A stretch of 24,404 nt of DNA, taken from contig JAITEW010000376.1 in assembly GCA_031281855.1 (NCBI GenBank), forward strand, positions 1-24,404. The letters run 5' to 3'. Position 1 is the first letter of the stretch. Each line of letters opens with the position of its first letter. Below are positions 7,538-15,502 of the stretch, piece after piece. The DNA comes from Treponema sp. Its GTDB lineage: Bacteria; Spirochaetota; Spirochaetia; Treponematales; Breznakiellaceae. The notes beneath the pieces were generated by a model that made no database searches, was not told the DNA's origin, and saw only the letters and a program-made list of their open reading frames with translations. A program made the position numbers and the translations under genes.

Positions 7538-9139
7538 CAGGATATACCTCCCTAAATCCTGGTCTTTCACAATGTCCGCCAGCTTTTGGTTCACATAATC
7601 CACGGTTATAGGAACCTTAGCCGGTGCTATGTCAGGAGCCTCGAAGGACAACTCCTCAAGAAGGGCTTCCATGATGGTATGGAGCCGCCTGGCGCCTATG
7701 TTTTCCAGCCGCGCGTTGACCTCAGCAGCCAGAGCGGCCAGGCGATCCACCGCTTCAGGGGCGAATTCGATTTCCACCTTTTCGGTAGCCATAAGTTCCA
7801 CATACTGCTTCGTAAGGGCGTTCTTGGGTTCCGTAAGTATCCTGAGGAAGTCCTCTTTGCCCAGTGAATCCAGTTCCACTCTCAGGGGAAAACGGCCCTG
7901 GAGTTCGGGGATAAGGTCCGAAGGCTTAGCGATATTGAAAGCCCCTGCGGCAATAAAGAGGATGTGGTCCGTGTTTACGGGGCCCCATTTGGTGCTTACC
8001 GTGGCGCCTTCCACGATAGGGAGTATATCCCGCTGCACCCCTTCACGGGACACGTCCGGCCCCCCTCCGCGGTCGCCTTTGACGGCGATTTTGTCGATCT
8101 CGTCGATAAAAACAATGCCTGTTTCCTCTACCCTCTGGCGGGCTTCGTCGCTCACCCGGTCCCGGTCGATAAGCTTCTCGGATTCTTCTGAAACAAGGAT
8201 CTCCCTGGCGCGCTTCACGGAGACTACTTTCTTTTTCTTGCTTCCCCCAAAGAAGCCGGCTATTCCCGAAAGGCTCGCCTCTATGTCTTCCATGCCTCCG
8301 CCCATCATCTCAAAAGCCGGGAACTGGGGGTTCTGATTGACCATGATTTCCACGGTCCTGTCATCGAGTTTTCCTTCCCTGAGCATAGCGCGGAATTTTT
8401 CCCTCGTAGCGGCTCCTGTTGTATTCCTGCCTGAAGCCGCTTTTGAAGGGCCTGAACCGGCGGCGGTTCCGGTTCCGGCGTCTTCCTGGCCCGGGCTGCC
8501 AGGCCCCAATGCGGGATTCTCCGTTTCAGACGCGTCCTGTTCCTTGTCGCGCCCGACAGGTATGCCTATCTGGATAGCGGTGCCCATAAAGGCAGGACCG
8601 GGACCGCCTGAATTGTTCGGGTTGATAGTGAAACTTCCCATAGGCCGCACTACCGGGTTCTGAGGGGCCTTTTCAGGTTTGGGTTTTTTCCCTGTACCCG
8701 GAAGGAGGAGATCCAGGAGCGCGTCTTCCGCCCTCTTGGCAGCCTCCGCGGTAACCGATTCCTGCATCTCCTGCTTTACCATCTGGAAACCTGCAGCCAT
8801 GAGATCCCGGATCATGGATTCCACGTCCCTGCCTACATAGCCCACTTCGGTGTACTTGGTTGCTTCTACCTTGATAAAAGGCGAATTCGTCAGCTTCGCC
8901 AGGCGCCTGGCGATCTCAGTTTTCCCTACCCCTGTGGGGCCTATCATGAGTATGTTTTTGGGGGTAATGTCGTCCCGCATTTCGGCGCTGATTTTAAGCC
9001 GCCTGATGCGGTTCCTCAGAGCCACCGCTACCGCCCGCTTGGCCTTCTTCTGGCCTACGATATATTTATCCAGTTCCGCCACGATTTCCCTGGGAGTAAA
9101 CTCGTCTACGCCGCTAGTGATCAATTGTTTTTCTTCCAT
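7535..9139 (-). CDS. hslU: ATP-dependent protease ATPase subunit HslU (ClpY)
   Basis: TPREIVAELDKYIVGQ, Walker A GPTGVGKT, VEATKYTEVGYVGRDV, Walker B VFIDEIDK, ELQGRFP, ENIGARRLHT, C-terminal DLGRYIL. Confidence 0.97.
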   Translation of the reverse strand: MEEKQLITSGVDEFTPREIVAELDKYIVGQKKAKRAVAVALRNRIRRLKISAEMRDDITPKNILMIGPTGVGKTEIARRLAKLTNSPFIKVEATKYTEVGYVGRDVESMIRDLMAAGFQMVKQEMQESVTAEAAKRAEDALLDLLLPGTGKKPKPEKAPQNPVVRPMGSFTINPNNSGGPGPAFMGTAIQIGIPVGRDKEQDASETENPALGPGSPGQEDAGTGTAAGSGPSKAASGRNTTGAATREKFRAMLREGKLDDRTVEIMVNQNPQFPAFEMMGGGMEDIEASLSGIAGFFGGSKKKKVVSVKRAREILVSEESEKLIDRDRVSDEARQRVEETGIVFIDEIDKIAVKGDRGGGPDVSREGVQRDILPIVEGATVSTKWGPVNTDHILFIAAGAFNIAKPSDLIPELQGRFPLRVELDSLGKEDFLRILTEPKNALTKQYVELMATEKVEIEFAPEAVDRLAALAAEVNARLENIGARRLHTIMEALLEELSFEAPDIAPAKVPITVDYVNQKLADIVKDQDLGRYIL

Positions 9140-9150
9140 AACAGATTTCC

Positions 9151-9723
9151 TTATTTTTCCAGTTCTTCTATCGTAATCTGCCCGTTGGTATAGATGCAGA
9201 TATTCCCAGCGATTTTAAGGCTCTTTTCGGCGATCTCCCTGGCCGAAAGATCCGAGCCGTCCAGGTACGCCAGAGCCGCCGCATAGGCGTAATTGCCCCC
9301 TGAACCTATGGCCAGGGCGTCTTCAGCAGGTTCTATCACATCCCCGGTGCCGGAGATGAGAAGCGTCTTATGGATGTCCGCCACAAGGAGCAGGGCCTCA
9401 AGACGCCGCAGAGCCCGGTCCGTGCGCCAGTCCCGGGCAAGCTCCACAGCCGCCCTGGCCAGGTCACCGGAATACTCCTTGAGCTTCGCCTCGAAACGGT
9501 CAAAAAGGGTAAACGCGTCCGCAGTAGCGCCTGCGAAACCGCAGAGAACCTTCCCGTCCATAAGAAGCCGCACTTTCCGGGCGTTGTTTTTCATCACCGT
9601 TTCGCCCATAGTCACCTGGCCGTCCCCGGCCATGGCCACCTTCCCGTTCCGGCGCACAGCAAGAACCGTAGTCGAACGGATTTTGGTTTTTTCGTTATCC
9701 GTTTTCACAGCACCTGTTTTCAT
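9151..9723 (-). CDS. hslV: ATP-dependent protease peptidase subunit HslV (ClpQ)
   Basis: [54 protein letters not shown]. The ATG overlaps the xerC stop. Confidence 0.96.
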   Translation of the reverse strand: MKTGAVKTDNEKTKIRSTTVLAVRRNGKVAMAGDGQVTMGETVMKNNARKVRLLMDGKVLCGFAGATADAFTLFDRFEAKLKEYSGDLARAAVELARDWRTDRALRRLEALLLVADIHKTLLISGTGDVIEPAEDALAIGSGGNYAYAAALAYLDGSDLSAREIAEKSLKIAGNICIYTNGQITIEELEK

Positions 9724-10634
9724 ATTTCTTCACCATCCTTTACTTTGCTTCTCCTATGGGCTCTGGCATAGGTCTTTTTAAGCCGCTCTGTATCAACATG
9801 CGTATAGCGCTGGGTCGTACTGATGCTGGCGTGCCCCAGGAGTTCCTGGACCACCCGGACATCGCAGCCAGAGTTCACCAGGTGGGTCGCGAAACTGTGG
9901 CGCAGTGCATGGGGGGAGACATTCTTCCGGAGTCCCGAGCGTTCCGAGTATCTGGCGATTATCCACCGCACACCGGGTATTGAAATAGGGGCGCCTTTGC
10001 GGCTGATAAAAAGCCGGTCCGTCTGGCGTTCGGCTTTAATCCTCCCCTGCCTGCAGGGAAGATACGCCAGCAGCGCTTCACGGGCTTCGTCAGAGAAAAA
10101 CACCTGGCGCTCTTTGTCCCCTTTACCGATAACATTGGCGCCCGAAAAATCCCGTTCTACGTTCTTAAGCGAAAGCCCCACAAGTTCCGAAATGCGCAGC
10201 CCTCCTGAATACATGGTCAGGATCAGGGCCTTATCCCTTTCGGGCCAGAGAATACCGGCTGTATCAGGGAGTTCCGAAAACTTCGCCATCTCGGTTTCAT
10301 AGAGAAAAGCCGGAAGGATCTTTGGCGTCTTGAGGTTTTTCAGGAGTATCGAAGGATCATCCTTACGGTAACCGAAGCGGACCATCCAGCGGTAAAAACC
10401 CCGTATTGAAGAGAGCGCCCTGTTTACGCTTACCGAGGCAATGCCTTCGGCACTGAGATCCGCGATAAAACCCCGGACGCCGGAAGGGCTTGCGCTTTCA
10501 GGAAGAAACTCCCTGTTGGAACAGTAAGCCGCGAAACGCCCGAGATCCCTGCTGTAAGCCGTAAGGGTCCGGCTGGAGACCCCCCGTACCACTCTGAGAT
10601 AGTCAAGGTATTCTTCAATCTTGTTATTCGTCAT
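9720..10634 (-). CDS. xerC: Tyrosine recombinase, XerC/CodV-like
   Basis: Catalytic set YSGGLRISE (R), GKGDKER (K), [11 protein letters not shown] (H-x-x-R), LLGHA (H), TTQRYTH (Y). It sits between topA and hslV like B. subtilis codV. Start moved to ATG 10634 (AAGGA 8 nt upstream). XerC versus XerD assignment rests on synteny. Confidence 0.85.
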   Translation of the reverse strand: MTNNKIEEYLDYLRVVRGVSSRTLTAYSRDLGRFAAYCSNREFLPESASPSGVRGFIADLSAEGIASVSVNRALSSIRGFYRWMVRFGYRKDDPSILLKNLKTPKILPAFLYETEMAKFSELPDTAGILWPERDKALILTMYSGGLRISELVGLSLKNVERDFSGANVIGKGDKERQVFFSDEAREALLAYLPCRQGRIKAERQTDRLFISRKGAPISIPGVRWIIARYSERSGLRKNVSPHALRHSFATHLVNSGCDVRVVQELLGHASISTTQRYTHVDTERLKKTYARAHRRSKVKDGEEI

Positions 10635-12831
10635 TGTTTGAATCCTTGCCCGCAGGCTCTTCGTCATCACTGGAATGGAGATAATCGCAGTCCGGATTGA
10701 TACAGGCCTTATGGGAACCGTTTTTCTTGTCGTACTTCTCAACCATGAACTGGCCGCACTTGGGACAGTTCTGGTTTATGGGCTTAAAGTGGCTGATAAA
10801 ATCGCACTGGGGATAGTTTGTGCAGCCGTAAAATTCCTTGCCCCTGCCCTTGGTCTTCCGGGCCACAACATCGCCGCCGCATTTGGGGCACTTGGCCAGG
10901 GGTATGGATTTGGTATTCCGGCATTCAGGGAAACCGGAACAGGCCAGAAAGAACCCAAAGCGGCCCAGCTTCTTCACCATAGGCTTGCCGCATTTTTCGC
11001 AGACATGGTCCGTAACCTCGTCCAGGGAACCCTTGTATGATTCCAGGGTTTTGCCTACCTCGTCCACCCGGTCCTTGAAGGGATTCCAGAATTCCCGGAT
11101 CATCTCGGGCCAGTAGATCTGGTTTTCTTCGACAGCGTCGAGTTTGTTCTCCATAGCCGCGGTAAACCCGGCGTCTACTACATAGGGAAAATTATCCACC
11201 AGCATGTCGTTGATCATCCTTCCCAGGATAGTCGGCACTAACTGCTTGTTCGACCGGACCACGTAGTAGCGGTCCAGGAGCACCGATATGATAGGGGCGT
11301 ATGTTGAGGGCCTGCCTATGCCCTTTTCCTCCAGGGTCTTGACGATAGAGGCGTCGGTATAACGCGGGGGCCCTTGGGTAAAATGCTGTTCAGGCCTGAA
11401 GGAATCCACATGCACCTTGTCGCCGGTCTTCAAGGCCGGATAGGAGCTTTCCTTTTCGTCCTTTGAAACCAGGAGCTTCATTACCTCGTAAAAACCTTTT
11501 TCGATGATCTTGGTTCCCGCGATGCGGAAGATCCCCTCTCCTGCCGCGTTTTCGCTGCCTGAAACAGAGATGTCCACGCTGACGGTCCTGGTTCTGGCGT
11601 TGTTCATCTGGCTGGACACAAAGCGTTCCCAGATAATCGTATAGAGCTTCAACTGATCCCGTGCAAGCGAATCTTTTACATCCTCAGGCGTATAGCTGAC
11701 ATACGTGGGGCGTATGGCTTCATGGGCGTCCTGGGCTTTTTTTCCTACAGCGTATTCGATTGGCTTTTCAGGAAGCCCCTTGGGGTAGTTCTTCCCTATC
11801 CAGTCCCTGACATCATCCAGTGCGGTCTGGGAGATACGCACCGAGTCGGTGCGCATGTAGGTGATAAGCCCTACCCGGCTGTTCCCGAAATTTACGCCTT
11901 CGTAGAGCTGCTGGGCTACCTGCATGGTTTTCTTGCTGGTAAAGCCCAGACGGTTGGCCGCTGTCTGCTGGAGCTGGGATGTGGTAAAAGGAGGCCTGGG
12001 TTTTACGGATTTTTCGATCTCCCTGACGTCTGAAACAACACATTCGCTGTTTTTGATGATCTCAATGATCGCCCTGACATCGGCTTCTGTTTTGAGTTCC
12101 GGCTTGGCGCCGTTCCAGGACACAAGCTGGGCGGTGTATTCGGCCTTGCGCCCGCCGGATTTGCCGGTTTTGAAATCCGCTTCCAGGGTCCAGTATTCTT
12201 CGGGAATGAAGGATTCAACCTCTTTCTCCCGCTCGCAGATAAGCCGCAGGGCCACAGACTGGACCCTGCCGGCAGAAAGGCCGTTCTTCACTTTTTTCCA
12301 GAGCAGCGGCGAAAGGTTGTAGCCTACCAGGCGGTCCAGGACCCTCCGGGCTTTTTGGGCGTTTACTTTGGACTCGTCAATAGACGACGGATTGGCTACT
12401 GCGTCCTTTATTGCCTGCGGGGTAATCTCATTAAAGCTGATGCGCTGAATAGGAACCTTGCCGGTTTTGGCGCTGATGGCGTTCCTGAGGTGCCAGGCTA
12501 TAGCTTCCCCTTCACGGTCATTATCGCTTGCCAGAAGGACCAGATCCGACTTTTTCGCGTCCCCCTGGAGTTCCTTGAGCAGCTTGGCCCTTCCCCGTAC
12601 GGTGATATATTCAGGCTCAAAATTGTGTTCCGTATCAATAGCGGTCCTTGATTTGGGAAGATCGATAAGGTGCCCCATAGAGGCTTTGACGCTGTAATCA
12701 GGGCCCAGGTATTTTTCGATAGTTTTTGCCTTTGCAGGGGATTCCACAATAACAAGGATCTTCCTGTCCTTGGATTTAGCCCTGGTTTTTTTAGCCGGCA
12801 CGGCTTTTTCTTTCTTCTCTTTTACCGACAT
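10624..12831 (-). CDS. topA: DNA topoisomerase I (type IA) with C-terminal zinc ribbons
   Basis: Toprim LVIVESPAKAKTI, SDNDREGEAIAWH, GRVQS, active-site LITYMRTDS, AQDAHEAIRP, GIGRPSTYA, repeated CxxCG and CxxYPxC ribbons. Confidence 0.97.
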   Translation of the reverse strand: MSVKEKKEKAVPAKKTRAKSKDRKILVIVESPAKAKTIEKYLGPDYSVKASMGHLIDLPKSRTAIDTEHNFEPEYITVRGRAKLLKELQGDAKKSDLVLLASDNDREGEAIAWHLRNAISAKTGKVPIQRISFNEITPQAIKDAVANPSSIDESKVNAQKARRVLDRLVGYNLSPLLWKKVKNGLSAGRVQSVALRLICEREKEVESFIPEEYWTLEADFKTGKSGGRKAEYTAQLVSWNGAKPELKTEADVRAIIEIIKNSECVVSDVREIEKSVKPRPPFTTSQLQQTAANRLGFTSKKTMQVAQQLYEGVNFGNSRVGLITYMRTDSVRISQTALDDVRDWIGKNYPKGLPEKPIEYAVGKKAQDAHEAIRPTYVSYTPEDVKDSLARDQLKLYTIIWERFVSSQMNNARTRTVSVDISVSGSENAAGEGIFRIAGTKIIEKGFYEVMKLLVSKDEKESSYPALKTGDKVHVDSFRPEQHFTQGPPRYTDASIVKTLEEKGIGRPSTYAPIISVLLDRYYVVRSNKQLVPTILGRMINDMLVDNFPYVVDAGFTAAMENKLDAVEENQIYWPEMIREFWNPFKDRVDEVGKTLESYKGSLDEVTDHVCEKCGKPMVKKLGRFGFFLACSGFPECRNTKSIPLAKCPKCGGDVVARKTKGRGKEFYGCTNYPQCDFISHFKPINQNCPKCGQFMVEKYDKKNGSHKACINPDCDYLHSSDDEEPAGKDSNNDE

Positions 12832-12840
12832 GCAGGTTCC

Positions 12841-13806
12841 TCACAGTTTTATATTCAAACTTTTTGCCAGCCCCGCTGCCAGGGCGCTTCCGGCGGAATT
12901 TCCGTACCCGGATTCTTTTTCGGCTAATCCGCTTTCTATCCCCCATTCCGCAAGGATATCCGCTGCGCAAGAGATAAGCTTCGCGCCGTCTTCAACCAGT
13001 TTCGCGGTTCCTTTCCCTAAAGGAGAGGAAAGCCCTGCTGAGGCGACCCAGAGATCCCGGCCCTGATCCAGCGCAAACGCGGCGGTAATAAGGGCGCCGG
13101 ATCTTTCGGGAGCTTCGACAACTACGGTTCCTCTGGCAAAAGCCGAAATGATCCTGTTCCTTGCCGGAAAGTGCCATTTCATAGGCCCTGTCCCCGGGGG
13201 ATACTCGCTTACAATGCCGCCGCCTGATTCAAGAATCATCCTGGCCAGCCCACGGTTCGACGCCGGGTAGATCCGGTCCGGCCCTGAACCCAGAACCGCC
13301 AGGGTTGGCGCGTATCCTTCAATATTTCCTCTATGCGCCATGGCGTCAATACCCAGAGCAAGACCGGAAACGACCGGTATACCCGCTCTGCCCAGGTCCC
13401 GTCCAAGGGAAAAAGCCTGAAGAGCCCCGGCAGAAGAAGGTTTCCGGGTGCCTACCACCGCCGCCAGGGGCTTGCGGGGATCAGGAAGGGCGCCAAGGTA
13501 AAACAGGAGCCCCGGGGGATCGAAGATCTCCCGGACCAGGGGAGGATACCCTTCTTCCACAAGAGAAACCGTTTTTATCCCCCTCTTACAGGCCGCAGCG
13601 GCATCTTTTTCGGCTCCTGACCGGATTTCCCCCCAAGTCCAGGGGCGCCGGCCCAGAGTATGGCCCAGCAAATTTTCGAGATCGTTCTTTGAATGTAATA
13701 CCAAATCCCCTTCATGGTCAAATTTCATGCAGAGGGTTTTTGCGTCCCTTCCTTTAAGACCCGGAATGCGGCTTATCATCCAATCCAGAAGACCCCGGTT
13801 ATCCAT
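12841..13806 (-). CDS. dprA: DNA-processing protein DprA (Smf)
   Basis: YPPLVREIFDPPGLLFYLG, AVVGTRKPS, VVSGLALGIDAMAH, AVLGSG, SEYPPG, FPARNRIIS, VVEAPERSGALITA. Start taken at ATG 13806, overlapping the upstream TAA. Confidence 0.95.
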   Translation of the reverse strand: MDNRGLLDWMISRIPGLKGRDAKTLCMKFDHEGDLVLHSKNDLENLLGHTLGRRPWTWGEIRSGAEKDAAAACKRGIKTVSLVEEGYPPLVREIFDPPGLLFYLGALPDPRKPLAAVVGTRKPSSAGALQAFSLGRDLGRAGIPVVSGLALGIDAMAHRGNIEGYAPTLAVLGSGPDRIYPASNRGLARMILESGGGIVSEYPPGTGPMKWHFPARNRIISAFARGTVVVEAPERSGALITAAFALDQGRDLWVASAGLSSPLGKGTAKLVEDGAKLISCAADILAEWGIESGLAEKESGYGNSAGSALAAGLAKSLNIKL

Positions 13807-14542
13807 ACAGACGCCCCATGACAAGCTGCCGGTTGTTTTGGGCTTCAGTCCGTTTCTGCGCGTCTTTGGTTATGCTGATAATGCGGTCGTAGACCTCCAG
13901 AGCCTCTTTCAAAGCCCCGGTTACATAATAAGCCCGCCCAAGGACGAACAAGGCGTCGGTGTCATTTCCGGATATTTCAAGGTACTTAAGGAGATGAGGC
14001 AAAGCTTCCGCGGGCCGGTCCAGTTCAAATACATAGAGTACCGCAACGCCGTACCTGGGCCGCAGGTAGCGATCGTCTATTTCAATGGCCCTGAGGTATC
14101 CTTCCTCTGCAAGTGCGAAATAACGGTCCCTTTCGGAACTATCAACACCCGGAAAACTGTGAATATTCTTGGCTACATAGCCCGCAGATACTCCGGTCAT
14201 ATAGTGAAGCGCCCGATCCTCAGGGGTAAAGTAAATAGCCCGTTCAAGGGCGTCAAGGGCTTCGTTGTGAAGCCCCCGATCCTGAAGCCTCACTGCCAGG
14301 ATCTTCCAGTACACCCCCAGTTGGGCGGCGTCCTTTACATGCTGCTCAATCTGCTTCTCATAAGCGGCTATGGCGTTTCTGAGACCTTCTATCGTTGAAG
14401 GCGGGCCGTCGCTCAGGGCCGCAATCCGGACAGCAAGGTCCTCGCGGTTTCTGCTTTTCCGGTAGATCGTTATCCCCGCAATACCGGTAAAGACAGCGAG
14501 TACGATAATGATGCCGATAACTACTTCTTTTTTAATTTTCAT
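13799..14542 (-). CDS. Membrane-anchored tetratricopeptide-repeat (TPR) protein of unknown function
   Basis: N-terminal hydrophobic helix VVIGIIIVLAVFTGIAGITIY, then TPR-like repeats (ALDALERAIYFTPED, YLRAIEIDDRY, ALFVLGRAYYVTGALKEALEVYDRII). Both ends overlap neighbouring genes. Confidence 0.85.
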   Translation of the reverse strand: MKIKKEVVIGIIIVLAVFTGIAGITIYRKSRNREDLAVRIAALSDGPPSTIEGLRNAIAAYEKQIEQHVKDAAQLGVYWKILAVRLQDRGLHNEALDALERAIYFTPEDRALHYMTGVSAGYVAKNIHSFPGVDSSERDRYFALAEEGYLRAIEIDDRYLRPRYGVAVLYVFELDRPAEALPHLLKYLEISGNDTDALFVLGRAYYVTGALKEALEVYDRIISITKDAQKRTEAQNNRQLVMGRLYG

Positions 14543-15486
14543 TTGCCGCTCCGGTCTTTGAGTTTAGGCAGATACTTGCGGTGGCTTTCCCGGAGCAGCG
14601 CAGAGTCCACATGGGTATAGATCTGGGTAGTGGAAAGATCCGCGTGCCCCAATAGTTCCTGCAGGGATCTGAGATCGGCGCCGCCTGCAAGGAGTTCGGT
14701 GGCGAACGTATGCCGCAAGGTATGAAGCTTGGAGCTTATCCCGGCCCGGGCGGCGAGAGAGGTGTAATTTTTCCAGATACCCTTACGGGAAAGCCTCCTG
14801 CCGCTGCGGCCGACAAAAAGGGCGGAACTGCGGCGCTGCCCCAGGATCGCGGGCCGCGCTTCGTTCAGGTAGCGTTTGAGCCAGGAAACGGTTTCGCTGT
14901 CGAATACCACAAGCCGTTCCTTGCCGCCTTTGCCCCTGACCCGGGCCAGTCCTTCGGAAAGGACCAGATCCTGGGCATTCAGGGCCACTGCTTCCGAAAC
15001 CCGCAGTCCCGCGGAATATATGAGTTCATACAGAGCCCGGTTCCTGATGCCCAAAGGGGTCCGGGTATCAATGAGGGCCAAAAGCCTGTCCGCGTCGCCC
15101 TTCTTCAGCACCGCCGGCAGACGCCCCACTCGCCGCGGGGCTTCCAGGAGAGCCGCGCAGTCGTCGCCCCGGATCCGTTCGTCTACCAGGAATCTGAAAA
15201 ACGAACGGAGCGCGGATATGGACTTGGCGGCGGACCGGGAATCAATGCCGTCATGGGTACGGCGGTAATCGAGATACCGGCTCATATCGGAAAACGCCGC
15301 AGCCCTATCCCCAGGGGAAACCGGGGAAAGGTCCGGCCTTCCGCCGCCCACCGAAAGCCCTTCGCCCTCAAGCCAGTCCAGGAACCGGCGGATCTCGAGC
15401 CGGTAAGTTTCCGCGGTAAGAGGCGCCCGGCGCTCAAGGGCGATAAGGCGGGAACGGTAATTTTCCAGAAGGGTTTGTTTATCCAC
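14539..15486 (-). CDS. xerD: Tyrosine recombinase, XerD-like
   Basis: YSAGLRVSE, GKGGKER, LHTLRHTFATELL, GADLRSLQELLGHADLSTTQIYTHV. Start moved to GTG 15486 (VDKQTLLENY) because the longer track ORF overlaps the ftsZ 3' end. Confidence 0.85.
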   Translation of the reverse strand: MDKQTLLENYRSRLIALERRAPLTAETYRLEIRRFLDWLEGEGLSVGGGRPDLSPVSPGDRAAAFSDMSRYLDYRRTHDGIDSRSAAKSISALRSFFRFLVDERIRGDDCAALLEAPRRVGRLPAVLKKGDADRLLALIDTRTPLGIRNRALYELIYSAGLRVSEAVALNAQDLVLSEGLARVRGKGGKERLVVFDSETVSWLKRYLNEARPAILGQRRSSALFVGRSGRRLSRKGIWKNYTSLAARAGISSKLHTLRHTFATELLAGGADLRSLQELLGHADLSTTQIYTHVDSALLRESHRKYLPKLKDRSGK

Positions 15487-15502
15487 TGATCTGCGGTTCC
15501 CT

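Noticed and set aside
7535-7553. SD-like AGGGAGG followed 6 nt later by CTG-TAA at the hslU end
   Set aside because: It encodes the conserved HslU C-terminal GRYIL motif; a one-codon ORF has no other support.
9720-15486. Two integrase-family genes as evidence of a prophage or integrative element
   Set aside because: Both are Xer-type, embedded among housekeeping genes with overlapping junctions. I saw no att repeats, cargo genes or compositional shift.
15479-15487. DnaA-box-like TTATCCACT at the xerD start and TTATCCATA at the dprA start (13799-13807)
   Set aside because: Each is an 8/9 match explained by start-Asp-Lys/Asn codons (RTG GAT AA). They are isolated, with no oriC-like cluster.
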